Virus record (IMG/VR): IMGVR_UViG_3300036770_001972
Location: 1 to 64,000 of that record
DNA from: a virus
Strand: one strand, 5' to 3'
Length of the DNA stretch: 64,000 nt
Positions 54,484-62,713 of this stretch are shown piece after piece. Every line of letters begins with the position of its first letter. Within the stretch, counting starts at the first letter, position 1. Both the position numbers and the translations under genes were made by a program. The notes beneath the pieces are model-generated. The model did no database searches and was not told the DNA's origin. It was given only the letters and a program-made list of their open reading frames with translations.

Positions 54484-56708
54484 AGTGCTTCCTCTACACT
54501 ATCAGAAACTGTTATTTCGGGTGTTGGTGGCGGTACGAATTCATACGCAAAGAGGTGGATCTTCCTTGTGCCAGGGATCAATCTGTCCTGTTCATCCAAG
54601 ATATCCATTCGAAGGGTGTGTCTTCCATCCTTGACCAACTTCAAAACTGTTTGACGGCTGTTGATCGAAAGTGTGCTTCGGAGTTTGTTGTCCAAGTAGA
54701 CTTTGATGCTCTTTGCCTTGTAGTAGGAAAGATTCCCTTCATTTTCGATTGTAAACTTCACAAGAAGTGTCCTGAAGAAGTTGTAATCGCTTTCTGATGT
54801 ACCAACTGGGACTTTGGGATTGTTGGCGATCAATCCCTCTGCGGGTGTGTTGATTGCAATCTTTGGCACGGCGACATTCACGAAGTTTTCGTTTCGGCAA
54901 TCAAACTCTTGTCCCTGTGGCATGTTGAAGAATGCTCGGGCGGTGATCTTTCGGAACTCGCTGTTTTCATCGTACTCAAGCAATGCATACTTGAAGTCAT
55001 AAGGCTCGGTGTAGTAAAGCCCATTTGGGCAACGATTGATTTCCCCGTTGCAAGGCTCTGAGACATCTGCCGTGATATTGAGCGGCGTAACTGTGGATAG
55101 AAGATCTCCTGCCCATTTGCCAATATCCTCTATTCTCCATCCCTCTTTGCGATATGACCACTCTGACCACCCGCCGTTTTGGGACAGGAAGTCATTGATT
55201 TGTGTATTCCAAATCTTTGCAATGTGGTAGCCACGGGAGACCATCTTGTTGGGGTGAGGATACACAATCCAAAACGGATCGGCATTTGGGAAATCATCCT
55301 CGTATAGGATTCCACTCGTTGCACCGACAAATGCAATGTTGTTTGTCATCGGATTGCCTTGCAAAGCCAATCCATTTCCAGTTCCACGAATCAAAATATC
55401 GTGTGTATCGGGGGAGTATCCCGCAGCAGTCAGACCGCCCCCCGTCACGCCTGTGAGAAACCACAGGGAAAGGTCATCGAAGGTTTGGAATGTGTATGGC
55501 ACATAGTGTCCAATGATCGGCACATGATATGACATGAGAGCGGATGCATTCTGTAAGTCTGCCTCCGCGCACCGCTTGATGAGAACAGACCCAAACATGG
55601 CTGTTCCAATTGGGTGTACCAATCTACGAATGATCTCTCTGTATTTGTCAACTACCACCTCAGTCTTCAGAACATACGACCAGTTTTGGTAGAAGTGATT
55701 ATCCTGAAGAACTTTGTTTGTGCTGAGTCTGCCGTCATTGTTGGCGTAATATCCCGCAGACTGACAAAGGGCACCGACAGTTACCGTTCCGCTGAATCCC
55801 GAACCACGAACTGTATCGATGGCAATCGTGGGCGCGACCTTGTAGTTGATTCCGAAGTCATTGATGTCGATCTTTCGAATCGATCCCGACCCATCGACTT
55901 CGACAACTGTTCCAACAGCCTGTTGACCGCTGTCTCCGCTTGCCGCAACAAATCTGACTCTGTCGCCAATTTCATAGTCGCTGCCGCCATTAGAAATCGA
56001 CAACGACGAGATAACGCTATAGACAGAAACCTCATGGAATGACTCTTCGCCATCCGTAAAATCAATACCTAGGTTTCCCGCAGTAAAAGTTCCGTTACGA
56101 CCCGAAATCAAGAGTTCTGCTACTGGAAAGTTGTCGATCTGATAGACATTGACATCGACAACACGGGCGGTTGCCAAGATAGCCCCGCTTGCACTCTTCT
56201 GTGTGATGTTATTTCCTGCTGCGCGATAGATCGTGTCGCCCAATGCATTCGATATTCTAAGGTAGTTGTTCTGCGTCCATCTTCCCGAAGAAGACCGCAA
56301 GATGTCCGTCTTGGGATAGTAGAACTCTACCGATGTGTCGTACAGAATACGAAACAAGAACTCGTATGACTTTTCGGTTCCCTTGGCAAGATAGAACTGC
56401 TTGATGTTCTTCATCAGCCGCCGTGGATCAACTGGCTGATTGGTGGTCTTGCTGATTGCAAGGCTCTCGGGGAAGTTCAGTAGGTACTGGGTGCGAAACT
56501 CCTCAACAAACTGATCCAAAGTGGTATCGATGTCGGGGATGTCGTGCATCGCCATGGGCGAAAGCACCTTGCCATCGTTTCGCTTCAATCCCAACCATTC
56601 ATAGTATGCAGACAGAAATGCCACAAGCGTAGGATGATCCACCCGTACAAACTCAGGGAGTCTGTCGGAAACCAAGTGGGAAAGGTTGCGATCACCGTCA
56701 ATGCTCAT
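54480..56708 (-). CDS. baseplate wedge subunit gp7-like
   Basis: LPEFV, FYLAKGTEKS.EFLFRILY, QDNHFYQNWSYV, LVHPIG. Confidence 0.75.
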   Translation of the reverse strand: MSIDGDRNLSHLVSDRLPEFVRVDHPTLVAFLSAYYEWLGLKRNDGKVLSPMAMHDIPDIDTTLDQFVEEFRTQYLLNFPESLAISKTTNQPVDPRRLMKNIKQFYLAKGTEKSYEFLFRILYDTSVEFYYPKTDILRSSSGRWTQNNYLRISNALGDTIYRAAGNNITQKSASGAILATARVVDVNVYQIDNFPVAELLISGRNGTFTAGNLGIDFTDGEESFHEVSVYSVISSLSISNGGSDYEIGDRVRFVAASGDSGQQAVGTVVEVDGSGSIRKIDINDFGINYKVAPTIAIDTVRGSGFSGTVTVGALCQSAGYYANNDGRLSTNKVLQDNHFYQNWSYVLKTEVVVDKYREIIRRLVHPIGTAMFGSVLIKRCAEADLQNASALMSYHVPIIGHYVPYTFQTFDDLSLWFLTGVTGGGLTAAGYSPDTHDILIRGTGNGLALQGNPMTNNIAFVGATSGILYEDDFPNADPFWIVYPHPNKMVSRGYHIAKIWNTQINDFLSQNGGWSEWSYRKEGWRIEDIGKWAGDLLSTVTPLNITADVSEPCNGEINRCPNGLYYTEPYDFKYALLEYDENSEFRKITARAFFNMPQGQEFDCRNENFVNVAVPKIAINTPAEGLIANNPKVPVGTSESDYNFFRTLLVKFTIENEGNLSYYKAKSIKVYLDNKLRSTLSINSRQTVLKLVKDGRHTLRMDILDEQDRLIPGTRKIHLFAYEFVPPPTPEITVSDSVEEAL

Positions 56709-56714
56709 GCTTGA

Positions 56715-58640
56715 TTACCGTGTAAATGGAGAATCACTTGCACTTCTATCTATTGTGGTCTTTTCGGGCACCGCGTTGATTGAGATTCCTAGATCATCGA
56801 TGATGATGATCTGATTTCTCCTTGCAAAGATGTCTTTCTTCTCGGGAGTTACTGTGACCTTTAGCGATGTTTGTCCGTCATCCAAGTACTCGGGGATGAA
56901 GTTTCGAAGTGAGATTGTTCCCGTCGAATAGTCGATGCTGCCGATGTTCTTCAGAACAACTACTTTAGAAGATCCGACTTGCTTGTAGACGCGGACATTT
57001 CCGTAGCCATCGTCATCCAAGAAGCAATCCACGATTGGCTTGACAACTGCCGTCGATGTTGCATCTCTGTATCCAAATAAAGTGCTAGAAAGAATCGGGG
57101 TATAGCCGTCTACTGGGTGTAGAAGTGGGTTGTCAAAACGGATGGTATATGGAGCAGCCCGACCCAAGTTTGGCTCAAACTGCTTCGAAAGAGTGATTTC
57201 AGTTGAGTTTGAGTTGATCGCGGGTGCAGAACCATCGATGATGGACGAGAACTTGGAGAGTCTGAAGTTGCGTTGGAAGAGTCCCAAGTAGTTGGTGCTG
57301 TATGCCTTGATAAGAGACGAGATGCGAGTTTCGACACCCGACTTGTTCAAGGTGGTCTTTGATTCGTCGTAGTAGACGGTCACCGCTGGATTGATGTAAA
57401 GAATGTCGGGATCGACAACCTCGGGCGTGATGGTCACAAGGTTTCTCTGCCCCAAAATGGTTCGCTCAATTGCTTGCTTCTCGGTACTGGAAAGGCGTGT
57501 TCCTACTTTTGGCTTGATGCTGATGAACACCTTTCCGTACTGAGGCGGATCATTCTCTTCTCCACCCCAAATGAAGAACGAGTCTGCTCGGCTTGCGTAC
57601 TCGCGCCCAAGGATTGCCTTGTAGTCATCTGCCGTTACCGCACGGTCTTGCGCTTGATAGTTTCTCGGGGCGTAATAGCGGATCGACTCAATGTCCTCGC
57701 TGTCTTCTCCTCCGAAAGAAACCTGAACCTTGTCATCATCGTCCGTCTTGATTCGGACTTCATCGACGCGGCTATCGTTAGAGGTAATTGCCCTCTTCAC
57801 GCTAGTCTCGTCGTATCCAATCCCATTCCCAGCCGAACCATTCGTAACCAAGTAGCGAAGTGTAACGACATTTCCGTTTTCGATTGCCTTGCCGATCACA
57901 CCATCACCAAAATAGACTTCCCAAAACCCATCGCGGCTCTCCTGAATGAAGAACACATTCGATGAGGAGTCCAACTTGTTGATGTCAATTGCCCTCTTCC
58001 AAAGTTGTGCAGAACCCGTGGTATCTGTTTGGGATCGTTGTACCAATACCACCAAGGTATCGATATCGACATTCAGATCGGGGATCGCAAACTTCGCTTC
58101 CGACCCCCCCTGCGTGTTGGCGACATACGCAACTTGCTTGAGATAGCCCTGATACAGGGTGACATCCTGAACAATGTTTTCCCCACCACGACGAACTGCT
58201 TTGTAGGTCTCTAGGTTGACAAAATTGACTGCCTTCCCATCGACATCCTTGCCACGAAACACGGTTCCCTGCTCCACAAACTCTCTGCCCTGAATGACTC
58301 TTTGGGTGAAGGGGGAAGTAACATCGTCCGTGCCCATCGAAATATCAACCACCAATTGGGCTGCTTTCTTCGATCTTGGCGTGTAGTTGAGATGCTTCGC
58401 CAAGGACACAACAGAGGGTCGCATGACAGCCGAATCGATGAACGACTCGTTCGCTGCCATGTTTGCATAGAACGCCTGATAGTGCGTGTTGTATGCCAAC
58501 AGATCCAAGACGATTGACAGCGCAGAGCCTTCAAAGTTGTAGTCCTTAAATTGCTCTTGACCCTGAAGATACGCCTTGAGGTTGTTCTTGATTTCGTCAA
58601 ACTCAAGCGACTGAATTGGTGTATTGGAACTGTTGTTCAT
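56715..58640 (-). CDS. gp6: baseplate wedge subunit
   Basis: DYNFEGS, LLAYNTHY, YFGDGVIG, QDRAVTADDY, YGKVFISIKP. Confidence 0.95.
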   Translation of the reverse strand: MNNSSNTPIQSLEFDEIKNNLKAYLQGQEQFKDYNFEGSALSIVLDLLAYNTHYQAFYANMAANESFIDSAVMRPSVVSLAKHLNYTPRSKKAAQLVVDISMGTDDVTSPFTQRVIQGREFVEQGTVFRGKDVDGKAVNFVNLETYKAVRRGGENIVQDVTLYQGYLKQVAYVANTQGGSEAKFAIPDLNVDIDTLVVLVQRSQTDTTGSAQLWKRAIDINKLDSSSNVFFIQESRDGFWEVYFGDGVIGKAIENGNVVTLRYLVTNGSAGNGIGYDETSVKRAITSNDSRVDEVRIKTDDDDKVQVSFGGEDSEDIESIRYYAPRNYQAQDRAVTADDYKAILGREYASRADSFFIWGGEENDPPQYGKVFISIKPKVGTRLSSTEKQAIERTILGQRNLVTITPEVVDPDILYINPAVTVYYDESKTTLNKSGVETRISSLIKAYSTNYLGLFQRNFRLSKFSSIIDGSAPAINSNSTEITLSKQFEPNLGRAAPYTIRFDNPLLHPVDGYTPILSSTLFGYRDATSTAVVKPIVDCFLDDDGYGNVRVYKQVGSSKVVVLKNIGSIDYSTGTISLRNFIPEYLDDGQTSLKVTVTPEKKDIFARRNQIIIIDDLGISINAVPEKTTIDRSASDSPFTR

Positions 58641-59029
58641 CTTAGCCTCTGTAGAGCGACTGTTGTAGAGAAGACTTTCTGCACATTCTTAATGGTGAAG
58701 TGAATCGTGATTCGGATCTCATTCCTATCTATTACATCAACCACATCAACGATGGCGTTGCTGACTCGCGGCTCGTACCGCTGAATTGTGTCTCCGATTC
58801 TTCTCTTAAGTTCGATTAGCATGATCGGATCAACCAGTTCAAACAGCAGATCCTGAATGCCTGAACTAATCTCGGGGTGAAATGGCTTCTCTCCACGGCG
58901 ATACAGCAGAAGGTTGCGGAGTGACCGCTTGATGGCTTCCTCATCCTTACGCAAAGAGACATCGCCCGACAGCGGATTGCGGTCAAAGTTGATGTCTAGG
59001 TCTATGGATGTGTTCTGTGCTTTTGCCAT
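58637..59029 (-). CDS. gp25: baseplate wedge subunit
   Basis: AIKRSLRNL, GEKPFHP, YEPRV. Confidence 0.93.
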   Translation of the reverse strand: MAKAQNTSIDLDINFDRNPLSGDVSLRKDEEAIKRSLRNLLLYRRGEKPFHPEISSGIQDLLFELVDPIMLIELKRRIGDTIQRYEPRVSNAIVDVVDVIDRNEIRITIHFTIKNVQKVFSTTVALQRLR

Positions 59030-59031
59030 TG

Positions 59032-59676
59032 TTACCTTAGAGCCAGTTCAAGTTCTGTGTAATCTCGGGATTGTTCGAATGTTGAAGACAGTTCCTTTAC
59101 TTCATCCATCGTGGGTAGTTTGTTTGCCTCAAACCATTCCAGTTCGATGAATCCAACATACAGGTCTTCTTTCATGATCGGAAGAATCGCATATGCAACG
59201 ATGCCGTTTGACTTGTTGTACGAGCGGAAATAGCCTTCCCGCATCGACTCTGTCATGTGTAGTCTTGGATTGTTCTCCCGCATCGTCTCCACCAAATCCC
59301 AAAACATGGTGACAAGGATGTTCTGTAGATTGGCACCATCGTATGGAACTCCTCGCTCACATGATTCATGTGTGATTGAGAACTTCTTCATCGGTGTGCC
59401 ATCTAGGAACTTACCTCCATTGTGAAAGTGACCGATTCGCGCCCTGCATGCATTTGCCTTTACACGAAGACCTGTGAGTGTTTCGTGAATGATCGTATGC
59501 TTTGCTTGGAAACTGGAACTTCTGCTTCCTCCAATAGAAGCCTCCTCCATTTCCCTCCGCTTCTCTACATGAAAGCGTCTCTTTGCATAGAACACTCCTG
59601 CAATAAGACCGCTTATGATTCCCGATGCGGCGATACCTACTTCAAACCAAGTCTGTAGCGATGTGAACATCTCCAT
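59032..59676 (-). CDS. N-terminal TM plus GAF-like domain protein (T4 T-holin-like architecture)
   Basis: TM helix, then ARIGHFHNGG...FSITHE...LPI...VGFI. Confidence 0.6.
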   Translation of the reverse strand: MEMFTSLQTWFEVGIAASGIISGLIAGVFYAKRRFHVEKRREMEEASIGGSRSSSFQAKHTIIHETLTGLRVKANACRARIGHFHNGGKFLDGTPMKKFSITHESCERGVPYDGANLQNILVTMFWDLVETMRENNPRLHMTESMREGYFRSYNKSNGIVAYAILPIMKEDLYVGFIELEWFEANKLPTMDEVKELSSTFEQSRDYTELELALR

Positions 59677-59679
59677 CTC

Positions 59680-59967
59680 TCATCCCCCGCAGTAGACATT
59701 TTTGCTTCCCCGCGCACATGCGGATCCACAATGGACAGGATCAGCCACCCTAGCAGCGGGTCGGCTATTGATAAAGACGGAAGAGGATCCCTCTGCCGTT
59801 TTGCTAGTATGGCATGAATCGCCACAGCAATGCGTTGCCCAACCGTCACCCTTGCGATGCCAACCAAGACTATTCACGAATACATTCTTAGAACCCTCGA
59901 CATTACGACGAGGGGGGAAGCATCCATGTCCTGAGCAGATATCGGTGTGTCTGTGAGCGGCTGGCAT
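59680..59967 (-). CDS. PAAR spike tip protein (gp5.4-like)
   Basis: CSGHGCFPP, GSxxVFVN, RPAARVAD, CGS. Confidence 0.92.
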   Translation of the reverse strand: MPAAHRHTDICSGHGCFPPRRNVEGSKNVFVNSLGWHRKGDGWATHCCGDSCHTSKTAEGSSSVFINSRPAARVADPVHCGSACARGSKNVYCGG

Positions 59968-59976
59968 CTATTCTCC

Positions 59977-60759
59977 TTAGCAATTTGGAAAGTACCCCCG
60001 CTCCTTCATGGTGGCGAGATACTGTTTGTTCGTCACGGGATTTCCATCTATGAACATCTGATTCCTGATATTTAGGATGAACTCATCCCTGTCAGATGAC
60101 CAATTGTTGCTCGTATCGATTACGAACTCACCATCGATGTATCTGCTCGTCAGAGAAGAATCAAATGCCCGTGCGATGAAGATGATTCCCTTTGGTATCG
60201 GGAATCCTGCCCTATACAGAGAAGCCGAACCACGAACCGCGTAGTTGTCCTCTGTGAACTTTCTCGGGCCCTGTTCTCCAAAATTGAAGTTGAATGTCTG
60301 TGCTGCCCGAACATCTCTAGGATCTTCGGGTATCCCCTGTGGATTGGTAAGTCCAAATTCCTCGGGAAAGATATCGTCCAAGTCATCGATCTTCCCGAAC
60401 ATGTATCCTGTGTCGATGTCTAGCGTCAGGCTAGGGGGAAACACACCGCTAACGATTGCAAACTTCAGATCGCCACCAGTTGTTGGCGGTGCGCCCACAT
60501 AGGACACATAGGATGCTCTCAATTGGATCGTAGTTCTGCATCCGACATCAGGGTCTTGCGGTCGAATCACCTTCTGCTGTTCATAGATCGGGCGAGACGG
60601 GGAGGTCTCGTTGTATGACTTGTTCAGGATAGCGGGACTCAACCATTGGATATCTCCCGTAACGGAGGAAAGCGACTCGTCCTGTTCAACGATGTTCAGT
60701 TCTCCAAATCCTGCGGGATAGTAGTATTCGATAGGCTGTGCGCCCGTCATACTAGCCAT
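59977..60759 (-). CDS. hypothetical virion protein with Ig-like segment
   Basis: FAIVSGVFPPSLTLDIDTGYMFG. Confidence 0.65.
   Translation of the reverse strand: MASMTGAQPIEYYYPAGFGELNIVEQDESLSSVTGDIQWLSPAILNKSYNETSPSRPIYEQQKVIRPQDPDVGCRTTIQLRASYVSYVGAPPTTGGDLKFAIVSGVFPPSLTLDIDTGYMFGKIDDLDDIFPEEFGLTNPQGIPEDPRDVRAAQTFNFNFGEQGPRKFTEDNYAVRGSASLYRAGFPIPKGIIFIARAFDSSLTSRYIDGEFVIDTSNNWSSDRDEFILNIRNQMFIDGNPVTNKQYLATMKERGYFPNC
60069..60075 (-). promoter_or_regulatory. possible internal late promoter
   Basis: CTAAATA about 100 nt upstream of the PAAR gene. Confidence 0.4.
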
Positions 60760-61478
60760 CAGAACTCTCCTAGGTCGATTTCATCATCCAAACTCTTGAC
60801 TGTCACATCGGGAGATTCAATTACGATGTTTGGATTAGTACCGTATGGAACGGGTTCTGCAATGAAAGCATCCACGGGTTCTTCCGCAGGCTGTGACAAT
60901 GCAGATCCAAGTTGTGGCTGCGACTGTGGTGTTGGTATCGCTTCGGGTTTGCCGCAGGATATGGTTGGGATGTTGCTCTGAATCGCTGCGCCGATATCTG
61001 CAATAGTGTCGTTGATCTTGCCAACAACACCCACAATAGCCTCGGATGCGATCTGTAGTGTTGGGAGGGTGATTCCGTTGATTCCCGCCATGATGTCGTT
61101 CAGCGATGGCAAGCCACCAATGCTTGCATTCGGGATGTCCAAATCCAAAGACGGCACCTTCCCCAAGAATCCGCAAATGTCGATATCGGGAACTTGGGAC
61201 ATGTCTCCTCTCTCGGTAGTCAGTTCGTTGATCGACTTCTTCGATTCGTTGAAATCAGTCGCCACGGGGACATTCACCATCCCACGGATACTCACCGCCT
61301 CGCTTGTCTTCACCGATGACTTCTGTGCTGCGTCCAATGCTGCGTAGGTCTTCAGTTGATTCTGCTGATCGAATTGATAGGTTTCGATGTCTTCCGAAGA
61401 ATACACAGAACCCTGCGTACTCCTAGATGGAGTTGCGCTTGCGATTGGAATAGACAAGTTTGGTCTTGAAAAAGACAT
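60759..61478 (-). CDS. hypothetical baseplate-region protein
   Basis: translationally coupled to gp5. Confidence 0.7.
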   Translation of the reverse strand: MSFSRPNLSIPIASATPSRSTQGSVYSSEDIETYQFDQQNQLKTYAALDAAQKSSVKTSEAVSIRGMVNVPVATDFNESKKSINELTTERGDMSQVPDIDICGFLGKVPSLDLDIPNASIGGLPSLNDIMAGINGITLPTLQIASEAIVGVVGKINDTIADIGAAIQSNIPTISCGKPEAIPTPQSQPQLGSALSQPAEEPVDAFIAEPVPYGTNPNIVIESPDVTVKSLDDEIDLGEF

Positions 61479-62713
61479 TAGTCCTTATTCCTCACTTGCA
61501 AATCGGATGGGCTGAGTTTTTCGATTAGTCCATTGACCAATCCACGCAACTTGTCCATGAGAGTTTGTACATTTGACGAGTTCTCACCCTCGGGATTCAA
61601 GTCGATTCTCGGAGCCATGATGACCATGTTTCCTTCGCTAGAGAGCGTATAGGTTCCCTTGACCTTCTGAAGGAAGTTGCCGCCGACATCTACCGTCATG
61701 TTTCCTCGGGCGTACATCTTCGTGTCTCCCTGAACCTCAATCTCCAAGTCCTTGCCCATCATGATCTTCATCGTCTTGTCCGCATTGAACGAGCAGTTTC
61801 CCTTTACAAGAATCATCTTGTCATTCAGGGTGATGTCCCATGCGTTTCCGACAACCTTGTGTACCTCGCTGCCTCTCGGGTGAATCTCCGTAAAGGTGCC
61901 TGAGCAATGGTACCAATGCATTCTCTCTGCCCCTGGGGTATCGTCATACTCGACAATGTGTCCCGCCTGAGACTCATAGACATTGTTGAAGGGATACTGG
62001 GCTGCATATGGTGTCTCGGGTTCTGCCCAAAATCCATAGAGTGCCGACACGCAGAATTCGATGCTGTCTTTCTTCTTTTTGACAATCGTGTTCTCAATCT
62101 GCTCGTTTCTTGCCAACCTGTTCGTGTCTGCTTCTCCCATTCGTGAGATAAGCGGATACATCCCCTGCGGATCAGCAAACCCGCGACCTGTATCGATGGT
62201 CGGATTCTTGGGCAACTGATACGACTTGAGTCCGACATCGTTCTTTGCCTCGTCCAACGACGAGATGATCTCTGCCTTCTTGCTTTCGATCTGATTGATG
62301 TAGATCTGCTTGACATCCTCGGGATCCACAAACGGCAGATTTGGCAGATTCGACAGTTCGTTTGGAACTGGAATGTTTACGGTGTTGATCCCGCCGATTG
62401 TGCCAAACACAACTGGCTCTTGCGAATTCATTCCATCTCGGAAGAACCCCACCACCCATGTTCCTTGAAGCAGACCCGTAGGAGACCACCCTTTGCCCGA
62501 AACGCTTGCGCTCGTCACGGGCATGATCACATGCGCCCAAGGAAGATTGTCGGTGGGAATCTGAGTCTTGTCATCCGTGTGCCACCCAAGTACGCGCACA
62601 CGGACGCGACCCAACTTGAGTGGATCGTAGATGTCTTCCACGACACCTTGCCACCACACGAAGCCGTTCTTGCCCATGTAGTCCGCTCTCATTGGTTCTT
62701 GGTTGCTGCTCAT
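61478..62713 (-). CDS. gp5: baseplate hub spike gp5 (OB-fold and beta-repeat, no lysozyme domain)
   Basis: WWQGVVED..DPLKLGRVRVR, LPWA, YPFNNV, GHIVEYDDTPG.ER. Confidence 0.92.
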   Translation of the reverse strand: MSSNQEPMRADYMGKNGFVWWQGVVEDIYDPLKLGRVRVRVLGWHTDDKTQIPTDNLPWAHVIMPVTSASVSGKGWSPTGLLQGTWVVGFFRDGMNSQEPVVFGTIGGINTVNIPVPNELSNLPNLPFVDPEDVKQIYINQIESKKAEIISSLDEAKNDVGLKSYQLPKNPTIDTGRGFADPQGMYPLISRMGEADTNRLARNEQIENTIVKKKKDSIEFCVSALYGFWAEPETPYAAQYPFNNVYESQAGHIVEYDDTPGAERMHWYHCSGTFTEIHPRGSEVHKVVGNAWDITLNDKMILVKGNCSFNADKTMKIMMGKDLEIEVQGDTKMYARGNMTVDVGGNFLQKVKGTYTLSSEGNMVIMAPRIDLNPEGENSSNVQTLMDKLRGLVNGLIEKLSPSDLQVRNKD

